NCBI GenBank assembly: GCA_964016885.1
Contig: OZ024744.1
Span: 114,824,001 to 114,888,000 of the forward strand
Source: Eledone cirrhosa
Taxonomy: Eukaryota
DNA: 64,000 nucleotides
Reading direction: 5' to 3'
A model generated the notes under the pieces. The model did not search any database. It was not told where the DNA came from and saw only the letters and a program-made list of their open reading frames with translations. The position numbers were made by a program, and so were the translations under genes. Shown piece after piece: positions 37,308-51,200 of this stretch (position 1 is the first letter of the stretch; every line of letters starts with the position of its first letter).

Positions 37308-40300
37308 GGTTTCATTTATTGGCCCCAAGGGCCGACATATAGGGGACAATACAATAGACGGGAACAGTGGGGGTTTTACATAAAAATCAAGTAAAAAAAA
37401 TAGGAAGACAATAACAATAAACAAGAAAAATACAACAATGAAAATTCTCCAATAGGGAGGATAACCCTCGCACCCGGCAAGAGCACCCCTCTCCTCAAAT
37501 TTACCCACCTACAAACACATGATCAGAGTAGGCTCACTCACATGGGCCATTCTCGCCACATTCATTCACCTTTCTGCAAATGTACAGGGGCGCAGCACTT
37601 CACTCTCCACCCTCACCTTCCTTTCCAAGTGAAACTTGAAAAAGTTGATGAGGGATTGGCTGAAAAGAAAAGTGTCTGTCTTCAGTCCTTTCAACCTGGT
37701 CCACCATACATCCTCTTTCGCTACTGCCACCAGACAGGAAAATTGCCTGCCCCTCCTGGCCAAAAGAAGGCGGTGGCTCTATCTTAACTATGGACTTGGC
37801 CGATAGCTGGATCTGTTCTACATGCGACAACAGCTGTTCGACATAACTCCACAAGTCAGTAATGCATGGACACTGGATGAGTGCGTGCAGAACGGTTTCG
37901 TCCTCTGCGCGCAACTCGGGCAGGTCCGTCTGACAGTACTTCTGTGCCGGTAGAGTTTATCTCGAACTGGCAGTGTCCCCCGTAGCACTGTTAAGCAAGG
38001 GATTTCTGGAAGTTATCCATGGTCCCCAGCTCGAAGGTCCTCTGGAACAGACTGCTTAGTTTGACTTCATCGATGCCCAGAGCCTCTTCGAGTGCCTCAT
38101 TGTACTTGCCCACCACTAATCCATAGAACTTGAGAGTGGAAGTTCCACTGACCGCATTGCCCGCTTGGTAGAGGGCAGTGAGTGCTTGGCAACATTCCTC
38201 ATGACAGTCGCTCCATCTCGGTCTCTTCTTGATCCAGGACTGCAGCTCAGTCAAAGAGATGAGCTGCGGAAAGGCCCATCTGACAAATGGCGTCCACACC
38301 TGTTCATTAGCCACGGCATGCTCAGCCCTCCGCGTAGAGGGTGCTGGTAGCAGATGGACCGCCTCACCAATGGAACCTGTCCCCTCCACTAGAATTTGAA
38401 AAGGAGCCGTTCCAAGTTGGTGAGGCACGAACGGGAGCAAGGGATGACAGTCAGGCGGTAGTAGATGATAGACGCAATGTACGCGTTCGCCACCTCCACC
38501 CGACCTTTCCGTGATAGCTTCCTTGCCGCCCATTTTTGGGTGAGATTGGCTACCCTGCTCGTTACCTTGTCCCAATACTTTTCCACCTGGAGGTCTGGTC
38601 CAAACCAAACCCTGAGCAACTTTGCCGTTCCCTCCGTCCAGCGCCCCACAACGCTGTTGGATGGCATGGACTTGCCTCTCCAGGTGCCGAGCTGCAAGCC
38701 CACTGACTTTTCCGGGTTAAGTTTCGCTCCTGTCAAACTTTCATATTCCTCCAATAAGGTGCTGACCACCTTGATTTCTGAGGTGTCCGACACCATCACG
38801 GTGATGTCGTCCGCATAAGCTGACACAGCCTTTCCATGTCCCAGTTCGAGTGGGATGCCCTGCAACAGCTCCAGCTTCCGCAGTAAAGGCTCGAGAGTCA
38901 ATACGTACAGAAGGGAAGAGAGAGGGCACCCTTGACAGACCGATCGGGAGATCTGAAACAGTTCCGAGGGGTGGCCATTAACCTTGACCAACAAGCAGGT
39001 GCCGCTGTGCATTGCAGCGATCCAGCTTCTGAAGACAGGGCTGAAGCCAGCTGTCTTGAGGACAGCCTCCAGATACCGATGGTCGACCCTATCAAATGCT
39101 TTCGATTGATATAAATTGATCAGTGCCCCACCGAAGACAGGCTTACACCCTACCCTCTCTATGATGTATTGCATGAGGTGGAGGTTGTTGTGTATGGACC
39201 TGGTTACGATTGCGCAAGTTTGCTCCTCCCCAACCTCGTCTACAAGTGCCAATCTCTTCGCTAACACCTTGGCCAAAATCTTAAACTCTGTGTTGAGTAG
39301 AGTTATGGGCCTGAAGTTATCTAATGTGTCCCTCTTGTTCTCATCTTTCCTTATCAGCGTCACTACGCCCCGGCTCACAGAACTGGGAATCCTCCCGTTC
39401 TGATGACAGTTGCACTAGCGCACTTCGAGGAGATTGGAGAACAAGTCTGGCATATTTGCGTAAAGCTCGTAGGGCAGACCATCCAAACTGGGTGACTTGT
39501 GCCTCGTGCAGCCAACAAGGGCATCTTGAATTTCGGCTGAAGTTATTGGCCTTTTGTTGCATTCAACATCGGCTGTCAAAAGATGTGGCAAGCCATCAAG
39601 GTAGGAACTGATGTCCGCCACTGTCTCAAACCCACCACTTCCCCCAAACAACCGAGCAAAGTCCTGGCAAAAGGCCTCACACATTCGTCTGCAATCGCTC
39701 AGCTCGTGTCTGCCTCAGTCCATCAAAGACCGAATTGTGGTTTTATTACCATGCTGCACCTCTGCCATGTGGGCCCATCGAACAGCTTTGGTTCCCTCAT
39801 TTCTCAGCACACATGCCTTAGCTCTGACAATGCAACCTTCGTGTTTCGCATTGAAGAAATGCTCTAATGCCATTCTCGCCGCTAGCACGTTAGTTGCAAT
39901 GCCACTACAAATAGCCTCGTCTAACTTATCTACCAGCTCCCCCTCCTTTCTATTTTTCTCTAACGCTAGTTCTTTGCTAAACCCTATCGATATTACTCTA
40001 ATCTCTCTCTTGAGAGCCCCCTACCATCTATTGTTGACGACTACCCCTGTCAACTTTTGCTTAACTAAATTGTTGACTCGGTCCCTGTAAGCCTTACGTG
40101 CGGAAATGACATGTTTAGCTTCCAGTAACCAGGTCCTAACCTACACGTCTTATCTAGGTCGACCGTACAGATCACAAACTTGTGATCTGAATAGGCGACC
40201 ATTTTAAAACGTGGACAGCTTACACTATTTCTGTCTATTTTCCTAATGAATATCCTGTCTATATATGATCTAGGTGACCCTATGCAGTTGGTCTAGGTCC

Positions 40301-42295
40301 ACACTGGCGCATTAGGCTAATCTAGTCGGTACCTGTCAGACAGTTGGAACTGGCTGATCAGATTTTTGAGGCTTTTGCACCCTCCGCTCATCTCGGATAC
40401 TTCCACACAGTCCCAGCATGCATCTAAGATGCCGTTCCAGTTCCCCGCTAACAATAAAGGGTGAGACGTACCCAGAAAGGCTTTCAGGCGTCTAAAGAAG
40501 TCCGGCCGTCCTTCCCCAGTAGGGGCGTAGATGGCCACCAGTCTAAAGGCACCACCTCGTTATTGTTCACATCCAAGACCACCAACTTACTGTCCGGGTC
40601 TCAGAAGATTGACCTTACCTCGAGATCCAGGCCTTTCCTAAACAGCAATGCCACCCCACCTTCCATTCCCGGTCGACTAACAGATGTGAAGATCTGATAG
40701 TCGTCAAAAATGGGGGCTAGTGTGAGCATGTCGGAAATCCTGGTCTCGCTGACGGCAATTACATCCATTTTTAGAGACCTGAGGTCATTGAGCAGGTGAC
40801 CCTGGTTCCAGGGTGACCTCAGGCCTTGAACATTTAAACTTCCTGCTCTTAAGCTAAAAGAGAGAGGAAAGGTTCACTTACCTCCCTGGTTCTTGTGAAG
40901 GTCGGGTGGTTCAACCTCTATAGTTGGTGGGGTTTCTTTTAGGAACCCCTTTAAAAGTCTTGAAGTGGGTTTTACGTTCGGGGTTCCCACGTCCCGAGGA
41001 AAGCTGTCTCGAATCCCTTTGTAGAAATCGAGTGACATTTGCACCAGAAACAAATCTTCCGGCATGTGAAATGTGCTCGGTTAAAAATGTCCCACTCTGT
41101 TTGTATTTCTTCACTTCGTGTTACGAGGGCCATCAATTCCTTGTTGGCCCTCCTGATGAGCACAAAGTTTTGTAAGTTTTGTTGGTGTGATTTTATTTGT
41201 TTGTGTGGCTGTGGTGGTGATGGTTCTGTTGGTGTTGTTTCGGTTGTGTCTGTGTTTGTTGTGAGTGTGGTGTCTGTGGTTTCAGTTGTTTGTGTGTGTA
41301 TTTGTTCTTGCGTTTGGGGATTTCTGCTGATGGTGATGGTGGTGTTGATGTTGGTGTTGTTGGGGAGATGTTTATTGTGGGTGTTTTTGTGCTTTGTGGA
41401 GTTTTTTCTTTGTGTGTTTTCTTTTTTGTTTTTAGGGGGACTTTAGTTTTCCTTCATCTTCGATCCCTTGCACTTTTTAGCAGTTAAGGGCAGAAAGCTC
41501 GCAAATGGGTATTTTCTCCACAAACGAAACAATGTGGACTTTTACCCTCAATCATAAGATTTAACATTCTCGGGCCTGATCTAGAGAAGTATCTCCAGGT
41601 CAACCCCGGACCAGTCCTCCCTAGCAGTCCTTGAAACTTCTATCGGGACAGTATCCATCCCCTCCACAATCACACATCCCAGAAGCCACCAAATGTCAAG
41701 TTCTGGTGGTATCCTGGGAATGTGGAGATGTGGGAGGGGTGCATTATGACCTTGCTGATTTTGCAAGAGGTTATAGCATGTTTCATAGTGAGGGCTTCTG
41801 ACTTAAACAGCACCGAAATGGTGCCGTATTGTCTGCCCCTCGCTATGTATTTGGTGTCATCCCTGATGCACCTCAGCGCAGCTTCAACATCTGGCTGTGG
41901 AATTAAAGCTGCCCCCTTGGTTTCTACTGAGATGCATCTGTAAGGCATCGTTCTGCACTCTACTGCTTCAATAGCTTCTACCGGGACAGTTAAGTTGGCG
42001 CAGGTTTGCTCTTGCTTGATGAGCTTCCAGGCCTGAGCCTGGGCCAACTTTTCATCTTTATTCGAGAGGTCCATGCTGAAGCATGGCCTCTTTTTGACTG
42101 CTGCCGCAGCGACTGTGTTTTTGTTGTTGTTGGTGTTGTTGTTGTTGTTATTATTGTTGTTGGTGTTGTTGCTGTTATCAGTGTTGCTGTTGGTTATATC
42201 TTTGGTGCCGCCGTTGTTGTTCTCGGTGCAGTTGCTGTTGGTGCTGTCACTGTTTATGTTCTTGTTAGTGGTGTTAATTTCGTTGTTGTTTTTGT
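37308..42295 (-). mobile_element. Tx1/L1-clade LINE copy 3 (near full length, degenerate; ORF2 ~40855-37520, ORF1 ~42295-40874)
   Basis: ORF2 motifs SLNVQGL, YAPTG, KSPSLDGLP, FRPITLLN, QGCPLS, YADD and DETVLHALIQC; ORF1 knuckle CFVCGENTHLRAFC and a VAAAVKK motif; 3' end at (AAT)n. Confidence 0.9.
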
Positions 42296-45200
42296 TGTCA
42301 TCATTTCTGTTGTCTGTCTTTTGGTTGTCGCTGTTGCTGCTGCGGTTGGTGTTGTCATCATTTCTGTTGTCTGACTTGTCGCTGTTGCTGCTGCGGTTGG
42401 TGTTGTCATTGTTTCTGTTGTCTGACTTGTCGCTGTTGCTGCTGCGGTTGGTGTTGTCATCATTTCTGTTGTCTGACTTGTCGCTGTTGCTGCTGCGGTT
42501 GGTGTTGTCATTGTTTCTGTTGTCTGACTTGTCGCTGTTGCTGCTGCAGTTGGTGTTGTCATTGTTTCTGTTGTCTGACTTGTCGCTGTTGCTGCTGCGG
42601 TTGGTGTTGTCATCATTTCTGTTGTCTGACTTGTCGCTGTTACTGCTGCGGTTGGTGTTGTCATTGTTTCTGTTGTCTGACTTGTCGCTGTTGCTGCTGC
42701 GGTTGGTGTTGTCATCATTTCTGTTGTCTGACTTGTCGCTGTTGCTGCTGCGGTTGGTGTTGTCATTGTTTCTGTTGTCTGACTTGTCGCTGTTGCTGCT
42801 GCGGTTGGTGTTGTCATCATTTCTGTTGTCTGACTTGTCGCTGTTGCTGCTGCGGTTGGTGTTGTCATTGTTTCTGTTGTCTGACTTGTCGCTGTTGCTG
42901 CTGCGGTTGGTGTTGTCATCATTTCTGTTGTCTGACTTGTCGCTGTTGCTGCTGCGGTTGGTGTTGTCATTGTTTCTGTTGTCTGACTTGTCGCTGTTGC
43001 TGCTGCGGTTGGTGTTGTCATCATTTCTGTTGTCTGACTTGTCGCTGTTGCTGCTGCGGTTGGTGTTGTCATTGTTTCTGTTGTCTGACTTGTCGCTGTT
43101 GCTGCTGCGGTTGGTGTTGTCATTGTTTCTGTTGTCTGACTTGTCGCTGTTGCTGCTGCGGTTGGTGTTGTCATCATTTCTGTTGTCTGACTTGTCGCTG
43201 TTGCTGCTGCGGTTGGTGTTGTCATTGTTTCTGTTGTCTGACTTGTCGCTGTTGCTGCTGCGGTTGGTGTTGTCATCATTTCTGTTGTCTGACTTGTCGC
43301 TGTTGCTGCTGCGGTTGGTGTTGTCATTGTTTCTGTTGTCTGACTTGTCGCTGTTGCTGCTGCGGTTGGTGTTGTCAATGTTTCTGTTGTCTGACTTGTC
43401 GCTGTTGCTGCTGCGGTTGGTGTTGTCATCATTTCTGTTGTCTGACTTGTCGCTGTTGCTGCTGCGGTTGGTGTTGTCATCATTTCTGTTGTCTGACCTG
43501 TCGCTGTTGCTGCTGCAGTTGGTGTTGTCATCATTTCTGTTGTCTGACTTGTCGCTGTTGCTGCTGCGGTTGGTGTTGTCATCATTTCTGTTGTCTGACC
43601 TGTCGCTGTTGCTGCTGCGGTTGGTGTTGTCATTGTTTCTGTTGTCTGACTTGTCGCTGTTGCTGCTGCAGTTGGTGTTGTCATTGTTTCTGTTGTCTGA
43701 CTTGTCGCTGTTGCTGCTGCGGTTGGTGTTGTCATCATTTCTGTTGTCTGACTTGTCGCTGTTGCTGCTGCGGTTGGTGTTGTCATCATTTCTGTTGTCT
43801 TACTTGTCGCTGTTGCTGCTGCGGTTAGTGTTGTCATTGTTTCTGTTGTCTGACTTGTCGCTGTTGCTGCTGCGGTTGGTGTTGTCATCATTTCTGTTGT
43901 CTGACTTGTCGCTGTTGCTGCTGCGGTTGGTGTTGTCATCATTTCTGTTGTCTGACTTGTCGCTGTTGCTGCTGCGGTTGGTATTGTCATCATTTCTGTT
44001 GTCTGACCTGTCGCTGTTGCTGCTGCGGTTGGTGTTGTCATTGTTTCTGTTGTCTGACCTGTCGCTGTTGCTGCTGCGGTTGGTGTTGTCATTGTTTCTG
44101 TTGTCTGACTTGTCGCTGTTGCTGCTGCAGTTGGTGTTGTCATCATTTCTGTTGTCTGTCTTGTCGCTGTTGCTGCTGCGGTTAGTGTTGTCATTGTTTC
44201 TGTTGTCTGACTTGTCGCTGTTGCTGCTGCGGTTGGTGTTGTCATCATTTCTGTTGTCTGTCTTGTCGCTGTTGCTGCTGCGGTTGGTGTTGTCATCATT
44301 TCTGTTGTCTGTCTTGTCGCTGTTGCTGCTGCGGTTGGTGTTGTCATTGTTTCTGTTGTCTGACTTGTCGCTGTTGCTGCTGCGGTTGGTGTTGTCATCA
44401 TTTCTGTTGTCTGTCTTGTCGCTGTTGCTGCTGCGGTTGGTGTTGTCATTGTTTCTGTTGTCTGACTTGTCGCTGTTGCTGCTGCAGTTGGTGTTGTCAT
44501 CATTTCTGTTGTCTGTCTTGTCGCTGTTGCTGCTGCGGTTGGTGTTGTCATTGTTTCTGTTGTCTGACTTGTCGCTGTTGCTGCTGCGGTTGGTGTTGTC
44601 ATCATTTCTGTTGTCTGTCTTGTCGCTGTTGCTGCTGCGGTTGGTGTTGTCATCATTTCTGTTGTCTGAGTTGTCGCTGTTGCTGCTGCGGTTGGTGTTG
44701 TCATTGTTTCTGTTGTCTGACTTGTCGCTGTTGCTGCTGCGGTTGGTGTTGTCATTGTTTCTGTTGTCTGACTTGTCGCTGTTGCTGCTGTGGTTGGTGT
44801 TGTCATCATTTCTGTTGTCTGACTTGTCGCTGTTGCTGCTGCGGTTGGTGTTGTCATTGTTTCTGTTGTCTGACTTGTCGCTGTTGCTGCTGTGGTTGGT
44901 GTTGTCATCATTTCTGTTGTCTGAGTTGTCGCTGTTGCTGCTGCGGTTGGTGTTGTCATTGTTTCTGTTGTCTGACTTGTCGCTGTTGCTGCTGCGGTTG
45001 GTGTTGTCATTGTTTCTGTTGTCTGACTTGTCGCTGTTGCTGCTGTGGTTGGTGTTGTCATCATTTCTGTTGTCTGACTTGTCGCTGTTGCTGCTGCGGT
45101 TGGTGTTGTCATTGTTTCTGTTGTCTGACTTGTCGCTGTTGCTGCTGCAGTTGGTGTTGTCATCATTTCTGTTGTCTGTCTTGTCGCTGTTGCTGCTGCG

Positions 45201-48200
45201 GTTGGTGTTGTCATTGTTTCTGTTGTCTGACTTGTCGCTGTTGCTGCTGCGGTTGGTGTTGTCATTGTTTCTGTTGTCTGACTTGTCGCTGTTGCTGCTG
45301 CGGTTGGTGTTGTCATTGTTTCTGTTGTCTGACTTGTCGCTGTTGCTGCTGTGGTTGGTGTTGTCATCATTTCTGTTGTCTGACTTGTCGCTGTTGCTGC
45401 TGCGGTTGGTGTTGTCATTGTTTCTGTTGTCTGACTTGTCGCTGTTGCTGCTGCAGTTGGTGTTGTCATCATTTCTGTTGTCTGTCTTGTCGCTGTTGCT
45501 GCTGCGGTTGGTGTTGTCATTGTTTCTGTTGTCTGACTTGTCGCTGTTGCTGCTGCGGTTGGTGTTGTCATTGTTTCTGTTGTCTGACTTGTCGCTGTTG
45601 CTGCTGCGGTTGGTGTTGTCATCATTTCTGTTGTCTGAGTTGTCGCTGTTGCTGCTGCGGTTGGTGTTGTCATTGTTTCTGTTGTCTGACTTGTCGCTGT
45701 TGCTGCTGCGGTTGGTGTTGTCATTGTTTCTGTTGTCTGACTTGTCGCTGTTGCTGCTGTGGTTGGTGTTGTCATCATTTCTGTTGTCTGACTTGTCGCT
45801 GTTGCTGCTGCGGTTGGTGTTGTCATCATTTCTGTTGTCTGACTTGTCGCTGTTGCTGCTGCGGTTGGTGTTGTCATTGTTTCTGTTGTCTGACTTGTCG
45901 CTGTTGCTGCTGCGGTTGGTGTTGTCATCATTTCTGTTGTCTGTCTTGTCGCTGTTGCTGCTGTGGTTGGTGTTGTCATTGTTTCTGTTGTCTGACTTGT
46001 CGCTGTTGCTGCTGCGGTTGGTGTTGTCATTGTTTCTGTTGTCTGACTTGTCGCTGTTGTTGCTGCGGTTGGTGTTGTCATCATTTCTGTTGTCTGACTT
46101 GTCGCTGTTGCTGCTGCGGTTGGTGTTGTCATCATTACTGTTGTCTGTCTTGTCGCTGTTGCTGCTGCGGTTGGTGTTGTCATCATTTCTGTTGTCTGAC
46201 TTGTCGCTGTTGCTGCTGCGGTTGGTGTTGTCATTGTTTCTGTTGTCTGACTTGTCGCTGTTGCTGCTGCGGTTGGTGTTGTCATCATTTCTGTTGTCTG
46301 ACTTGTCGCTGTTGCTGCTGCGGTTGGTGTTGTCATTGTTTCTGTTGTCTGACTTGTCGCTGTTGATGCTGCGGTTGGTGTTGTCATCATTTCTGTTGTC
46401 TGTCTTGTCGCTGTTGCTGCTGTGGTTGGTGTTGTCATCATTTCTGTTGTCTGTCTTGTCGCTGTTGCTGCTGTGGTTGGTGTTGTCATTGTTTCTGTTG
46501 TCTGACTTGTCGCTGTTGCTGCTGCGGTTGGTGTTGTCATCATTTCTGTTGTCTGACTTGTCGCTGTTGCTGCTGCGGTTGGTGTTGTCATTGTTTCTGT
46601 TGTCTGACTTGTCGCTGTTGATGCTGCGGTTGGTGTTGTCATCATTTCTGTTGTCTGTCTTGTCGCTGTTGCTGCTGTGGTTGGTGTTGTCATTGTTTCT
46701 GTTGTCTGACTTGTCGCTGTTGCTGCTGCGGTTGGTGTTGTCATTGTTTCTGTTGTCTGACTTGTCGCTGTTGATGCTGCGGTTGGTGTTGTCATCATTT
46801 CTGTTGTCTGTCTTGTCGCTGTTGCTGCTGCGGTTGGTGTTGTCATTGTTTCTGTTGTCTGACTTGTCGCTGTTGCTGCTGCGGTTGGTGTTGTCATCAT
46901 TTCTGTTGTCTGACTTGTCGCTGTTGCTGCTGCAGTTGGTGTTGTCATCATTTCTGTTGTCTGACTTGTCGCTGTTGCTGCTGCGGTTGGTGTTGTCATT
47001 GTTTCTGTTGTCTGACTTGTCGCTGTTGCTGCTGCGGTTGGTGTTGTCATTGTTTCTGTTGTCTGACTTGTCGCTGTTGCTGCTGTGGTTGGTGTTGTCA
47101 TCATTTCTGTTGTCTGACTTGTCGCTGTTGCTGCTGCGGTTGGTGTTGTCATTGTTTCTGTTGTCTGACTTGTCGCTGTTGATGCTGCGGTTGGTGTTGT
47201 CATCATTTCTGTTGTCTGTCTTGTCGCTGTTGCTGCTGCGGTTGGTGTTGTCATTGTTTCTGTTGTCTGACTTGTCGCTGTTGCTGCTGCGGTTGGTGTT
47301 GTCATCATTTCTGTTGTCTGACTTGTCGCTGTTGCTGCTGCAGTTGGTGTTGTCATCATTTCTGTTGTCTGACTTGTCGCTGTTGCTGCTGCGGTTGGTG
47401 TTGTCATTGTTTCTGTTGTCTGACTTGTCGCTGTTGCTGCTGCGGTTGGTGTTGTCATTGTTTCTGTTGTCTGACTTGTCGCTGTTGCTGCTGTGGTTGG
47501 TGTTGTCATCATTTCTGTTGTCTGACTTGTCGCTGTTGCTGCTGCGGTTGGTGTTGTCATTGTTTCTGTTGTCTGACTTGTCGCTGTTGCTGCTGTGGTT
47601 GGTGTTGTCATCATTTCTGTTGTCTGACTTGTCGCTGTTGCTGCTGCGGTTGGTGTTGTCATTGTTTCTGTTGTCTGACTTGTCGCTGTTGCTGCTGCGG
47701 TTGGTGTTGTCATCATTTCTGTTGTCTGACTTGTCACTGTTGCTGCTGCAGTTGGTGTTGTCATAATTTCTGTTGTCTGACTTGTCGCTGTTGCTGCTGC
47801 GGTTGGTGTTGTCATCATTTCTGTTGTCTGACTTGTCGCTGTTGCTGCTGCGGTTGGTGTTGTCATCATTTCTGTTGTCTGACCTGTCGCTGTTGCTGCT
47901 GCGGTTGGTGTTGTCATCATTTCTGTTGTCTGACTTGTCGCTGTTGCTGCTGCAGTTGGTGTTGTCATCATTTCTGTTGTCTGTCTTGTCACTGTTGCTG
48001 CTGCGGTTGGTGTTGTCATTGTCTCTGTTGTCTGACTTGTCGCTGTTGCTGCTGCGGTTGGTGTTGTCATCATTTCTGTTGTCTGACTTGTCGCTGTTGC
48101 TGCTGCAGTTGGTGTTGTCATCATTTCTGTTGTCTGACTTGTCGCTGTTGCTGCTGCGGTTGGTGTTGTCATCATTTCTGTTGTCTGACTTGTCGCTGTT

Positions 48201-51200
48201 GCTGCTGCGGTTGGTGTTGTCATCATTTCTGTTGTCTGACCTGTCACTGTTGCTGCTGCGGTTGGTGTTGTCATCATTTCTGTTGTCTGTCTTGTCGCTG
48301 TTGCTGCTGTGGTTGGTGTTGTCATCGTTTCTGTTGTCTGACTTGTCGCTGTTGCTGCTGCGGTTGGTGTTGTCATCATTTCTGTTGTCTGTCTTGTCAC
48401 TGTTGCTGCTGTGGTTGGTGTTGTCATTGTTTCTGTTGTCTGTCTTGTCGCTGTTGCTGCTGCGGTTGGTGTTGTCATTGTTTCTGTTGTCTGACTTGTC
48501 GCTGTTGCTGCTGCGGTTGGTGTTGTCATCATTTCGGTTGTCTGTCTTGTCGCTGTTGCTGCTGCGGTTGGTGTTGTCATCATTTCTATTGTCTGACTTG
48601 TCGCTGTTGCTGCTGCGGTTGGTGTTGTCATCATTTCTGTTGTCTGTCTTGTCGCTGTTGCTGCTGCGGTTGGTGTTGTCATTGTTTCTGTTGTCTGACT
48701 TGTCGCTGTTGCTGCTGCGGTTGGTGTTGTCATCATTTCTGTTGTCTGTCTTGTCACTGTTGCTGCTGTGGTTGGTGTTGTCATTGTTTCTGTTGTCTGT
48801 CTTGTCGCTGTTGCTGCTGCGGTTGGTGTTGTCATTGTTTCTGTTGTCTGACTTGTCGCTGTTGCTGCTGCGGTTGGTGTTGTCATCATTTCTGTTGTCT
48901 GACTTGTCGCTGTTGCTGCTGCGGTTGGTGTTGTCATCATTTCTGATGTCTGTCTTGTCGCTGTTGCTGCTGCGGTTGGTGTTGTCATTGTTTCTGTTGT
49001 CTGACTTGTCGCTGTTGCTGCTGCGGTTGGTGTTGTCATCATTTCTGTTGTCTGTCTTGTCGCTGTTGCTGCTGCGGTTGGTGTTGTCATCATTTCTGTT
49101 GTCTGACCTGTCGCTGTTGCTGCTGCGGTTGGTGTTGTCATCATTTCTGTTGTCTGTCTTGTCGCTGTTGCTGCTGCGGTTGGTGTTGTCATTGTTTCTG
49201 TTGTCTGACCTGTCGCTGTTGCTGCTGCGGTTGGTGTTGTCATCATTTCTGTTGTCTGACTTGTCGCTGTTGCTGCTGTGGTTGGTGTTGTCATTGTTTC
49301 TGTTGTCTGACTTGTCGCTGTTGCTGCTGCGGTTGGTGTTGTCATTGTTTCTGTTGTCTGACTTGTCGCTGTTGCTGCTGCGGTTGGTGTTGTCATCATT
49401 TCTGTTGTCTGACTTGTCGCTGTTGCTGCTGCGGTTGGTGTTGTCATCATTTCTGTTGTCTGTCTTGTCGCTGTTGCTGCTGCGGTTGGTGTTGTCATTG
49501 TTTCTGTTGTCTGACTTGTCGCTGTTGCTGCTGCGGTTGGTGTTGTCATCATTTCTGTTGTCTGTCTTGTCGCTGTTGCTGCTGCGGTTGGTGTTGTCAT
49601 CATTTCTGTTGTCTGACCTGTCGCTGTTGCTGCTGCGGTTGGTGTTGTCATCATTTCTGTTGTCTGTCTTGTCGCTGTTGCTGCTGCGGTTGGTGTTGTC
49701 ATTGTTTCTGTTGTCTGACTTGTCGCTGTTGCTGCTGCGGTTGGTGTTGTCATCATTTCTGTTGTCTGTCTTGTCGCTGTTGCTGCTGCGGTTGGTGTTG
49801 TCATCATTTCTGTTGTCTGACTTGTCGCTGTTGCTGCTGCGGTTGGTGTTGTCATCATTTCTGTTGTCTGACTTGTCGCTGTTGCTGCTGCGGTTGGTGT
49901 TGTCATCATTTCTGTTGTCTGACTTGTCGCTGTTGCTGCTGCGGTTGGTGTTGTCATCATTTCTGTTGTCTGACTTGTCGCTGTTGCTGCTGCGGTTGGT
50001 GTTGTCATCATTTCTGTTGTCTGACTTGTCGCTGTTGCTGCTGCGGTTGGTGTTGTCATCATTTCTGTTGTCTGACTTGTCGCTGTTGCTGCTGCGGTTG
50101 GTGTTGTCATTGTTTCTGTTGTCTGACTTGTCGCTGTTGCTGCTGCGGTTGGTGTTGTCATCATTTCTGTTGTCTGACTTGTCGCTGTTGCTGCTGCGGT
50201 TGGTGTTGTCATCATTTCTTTTGTCTGACTTGTCGCTGTTGCTGCTGCGGTTGGTGTTGTCATCATTTCTGTTGTCTGACTTGTCGCTGTTGCTGCTGCG
50301 GTTGGTGTTGTCATCATTTCTATCGTCTGTCTTGTCGCTGTTACTGCTGCAGTTGGTGTTGTCATCATTTCTGTTGTCTGACTTGTCGCTGTTGCTGCTG
50401 CAGTTGGTGTTGTCATCATTTCTGTTGTCTGACTTGTCGCTTTTACTGCTGCAGTTGGTGTTGTCATCATTTCTGTTGTCTGACTTGTCGCTGTTGCTGC
50501 TGCAGTTGGTGTTGTCATCATTTCTGTTGTCTGTCTTGTCGCTGTTGCTGCTGCAGTTGGTGTTGTCATCATTTCTGTTGTCTGACTTGTCGCTGTTGCT
50601 GCTGCAGTTGGTGTTGTCATTGTTTCTGTTGTCTGTCTTGTCGCTGTTGCTGCTGCGGTTGGTGTTGTCATCATTTCTGTTGTCTGTCTTGTCGCTGTTG
50701 CTGCTGCAGTTGGTGTTGTCATCATTTCTGTGGTCTGAGTTGTCGCTGTTGCTGCTGCGGTTGGTGTTGTCATCATTTCTGTTGTCTGACTTGTCGCTGT
50801 TGCTGCTGCGGTTGGTGTTGTCATTGTTTCTGTTGTCTGTCTTGTCGCTGTTGCTGCTGCGGTTGGTGTTGTCATTGTTTCTGTTGTCTGTCTTGTCGCT
50901 GTTACTGCTGCAGTTGGTGTTGTCATCATTTCTGTTGTCTGACTTGTCGCTGTTGCTGCTGCAGTTGGTGTTGTCATCATTTCTGTTGTCTGTCTTGTCG
51001 CTGTTGCTGCTGCAGTTGGTGTTGTCATCATTTCTGTTGTCTGACTTGTCGCTGTTGCTGCTGCAGTTGGTGTTGTCATCATTTCTGTTGTCTGTCTTGT
51101 CGCTGTTGCTGCTGCGGTTGGTGTTGTCATTGTTTCTGTTGTCTGACTTGTCGCTGTTGCTGCTGCGGTTGGTGTTGTCATCATTTCTGTTGTCTGACTT

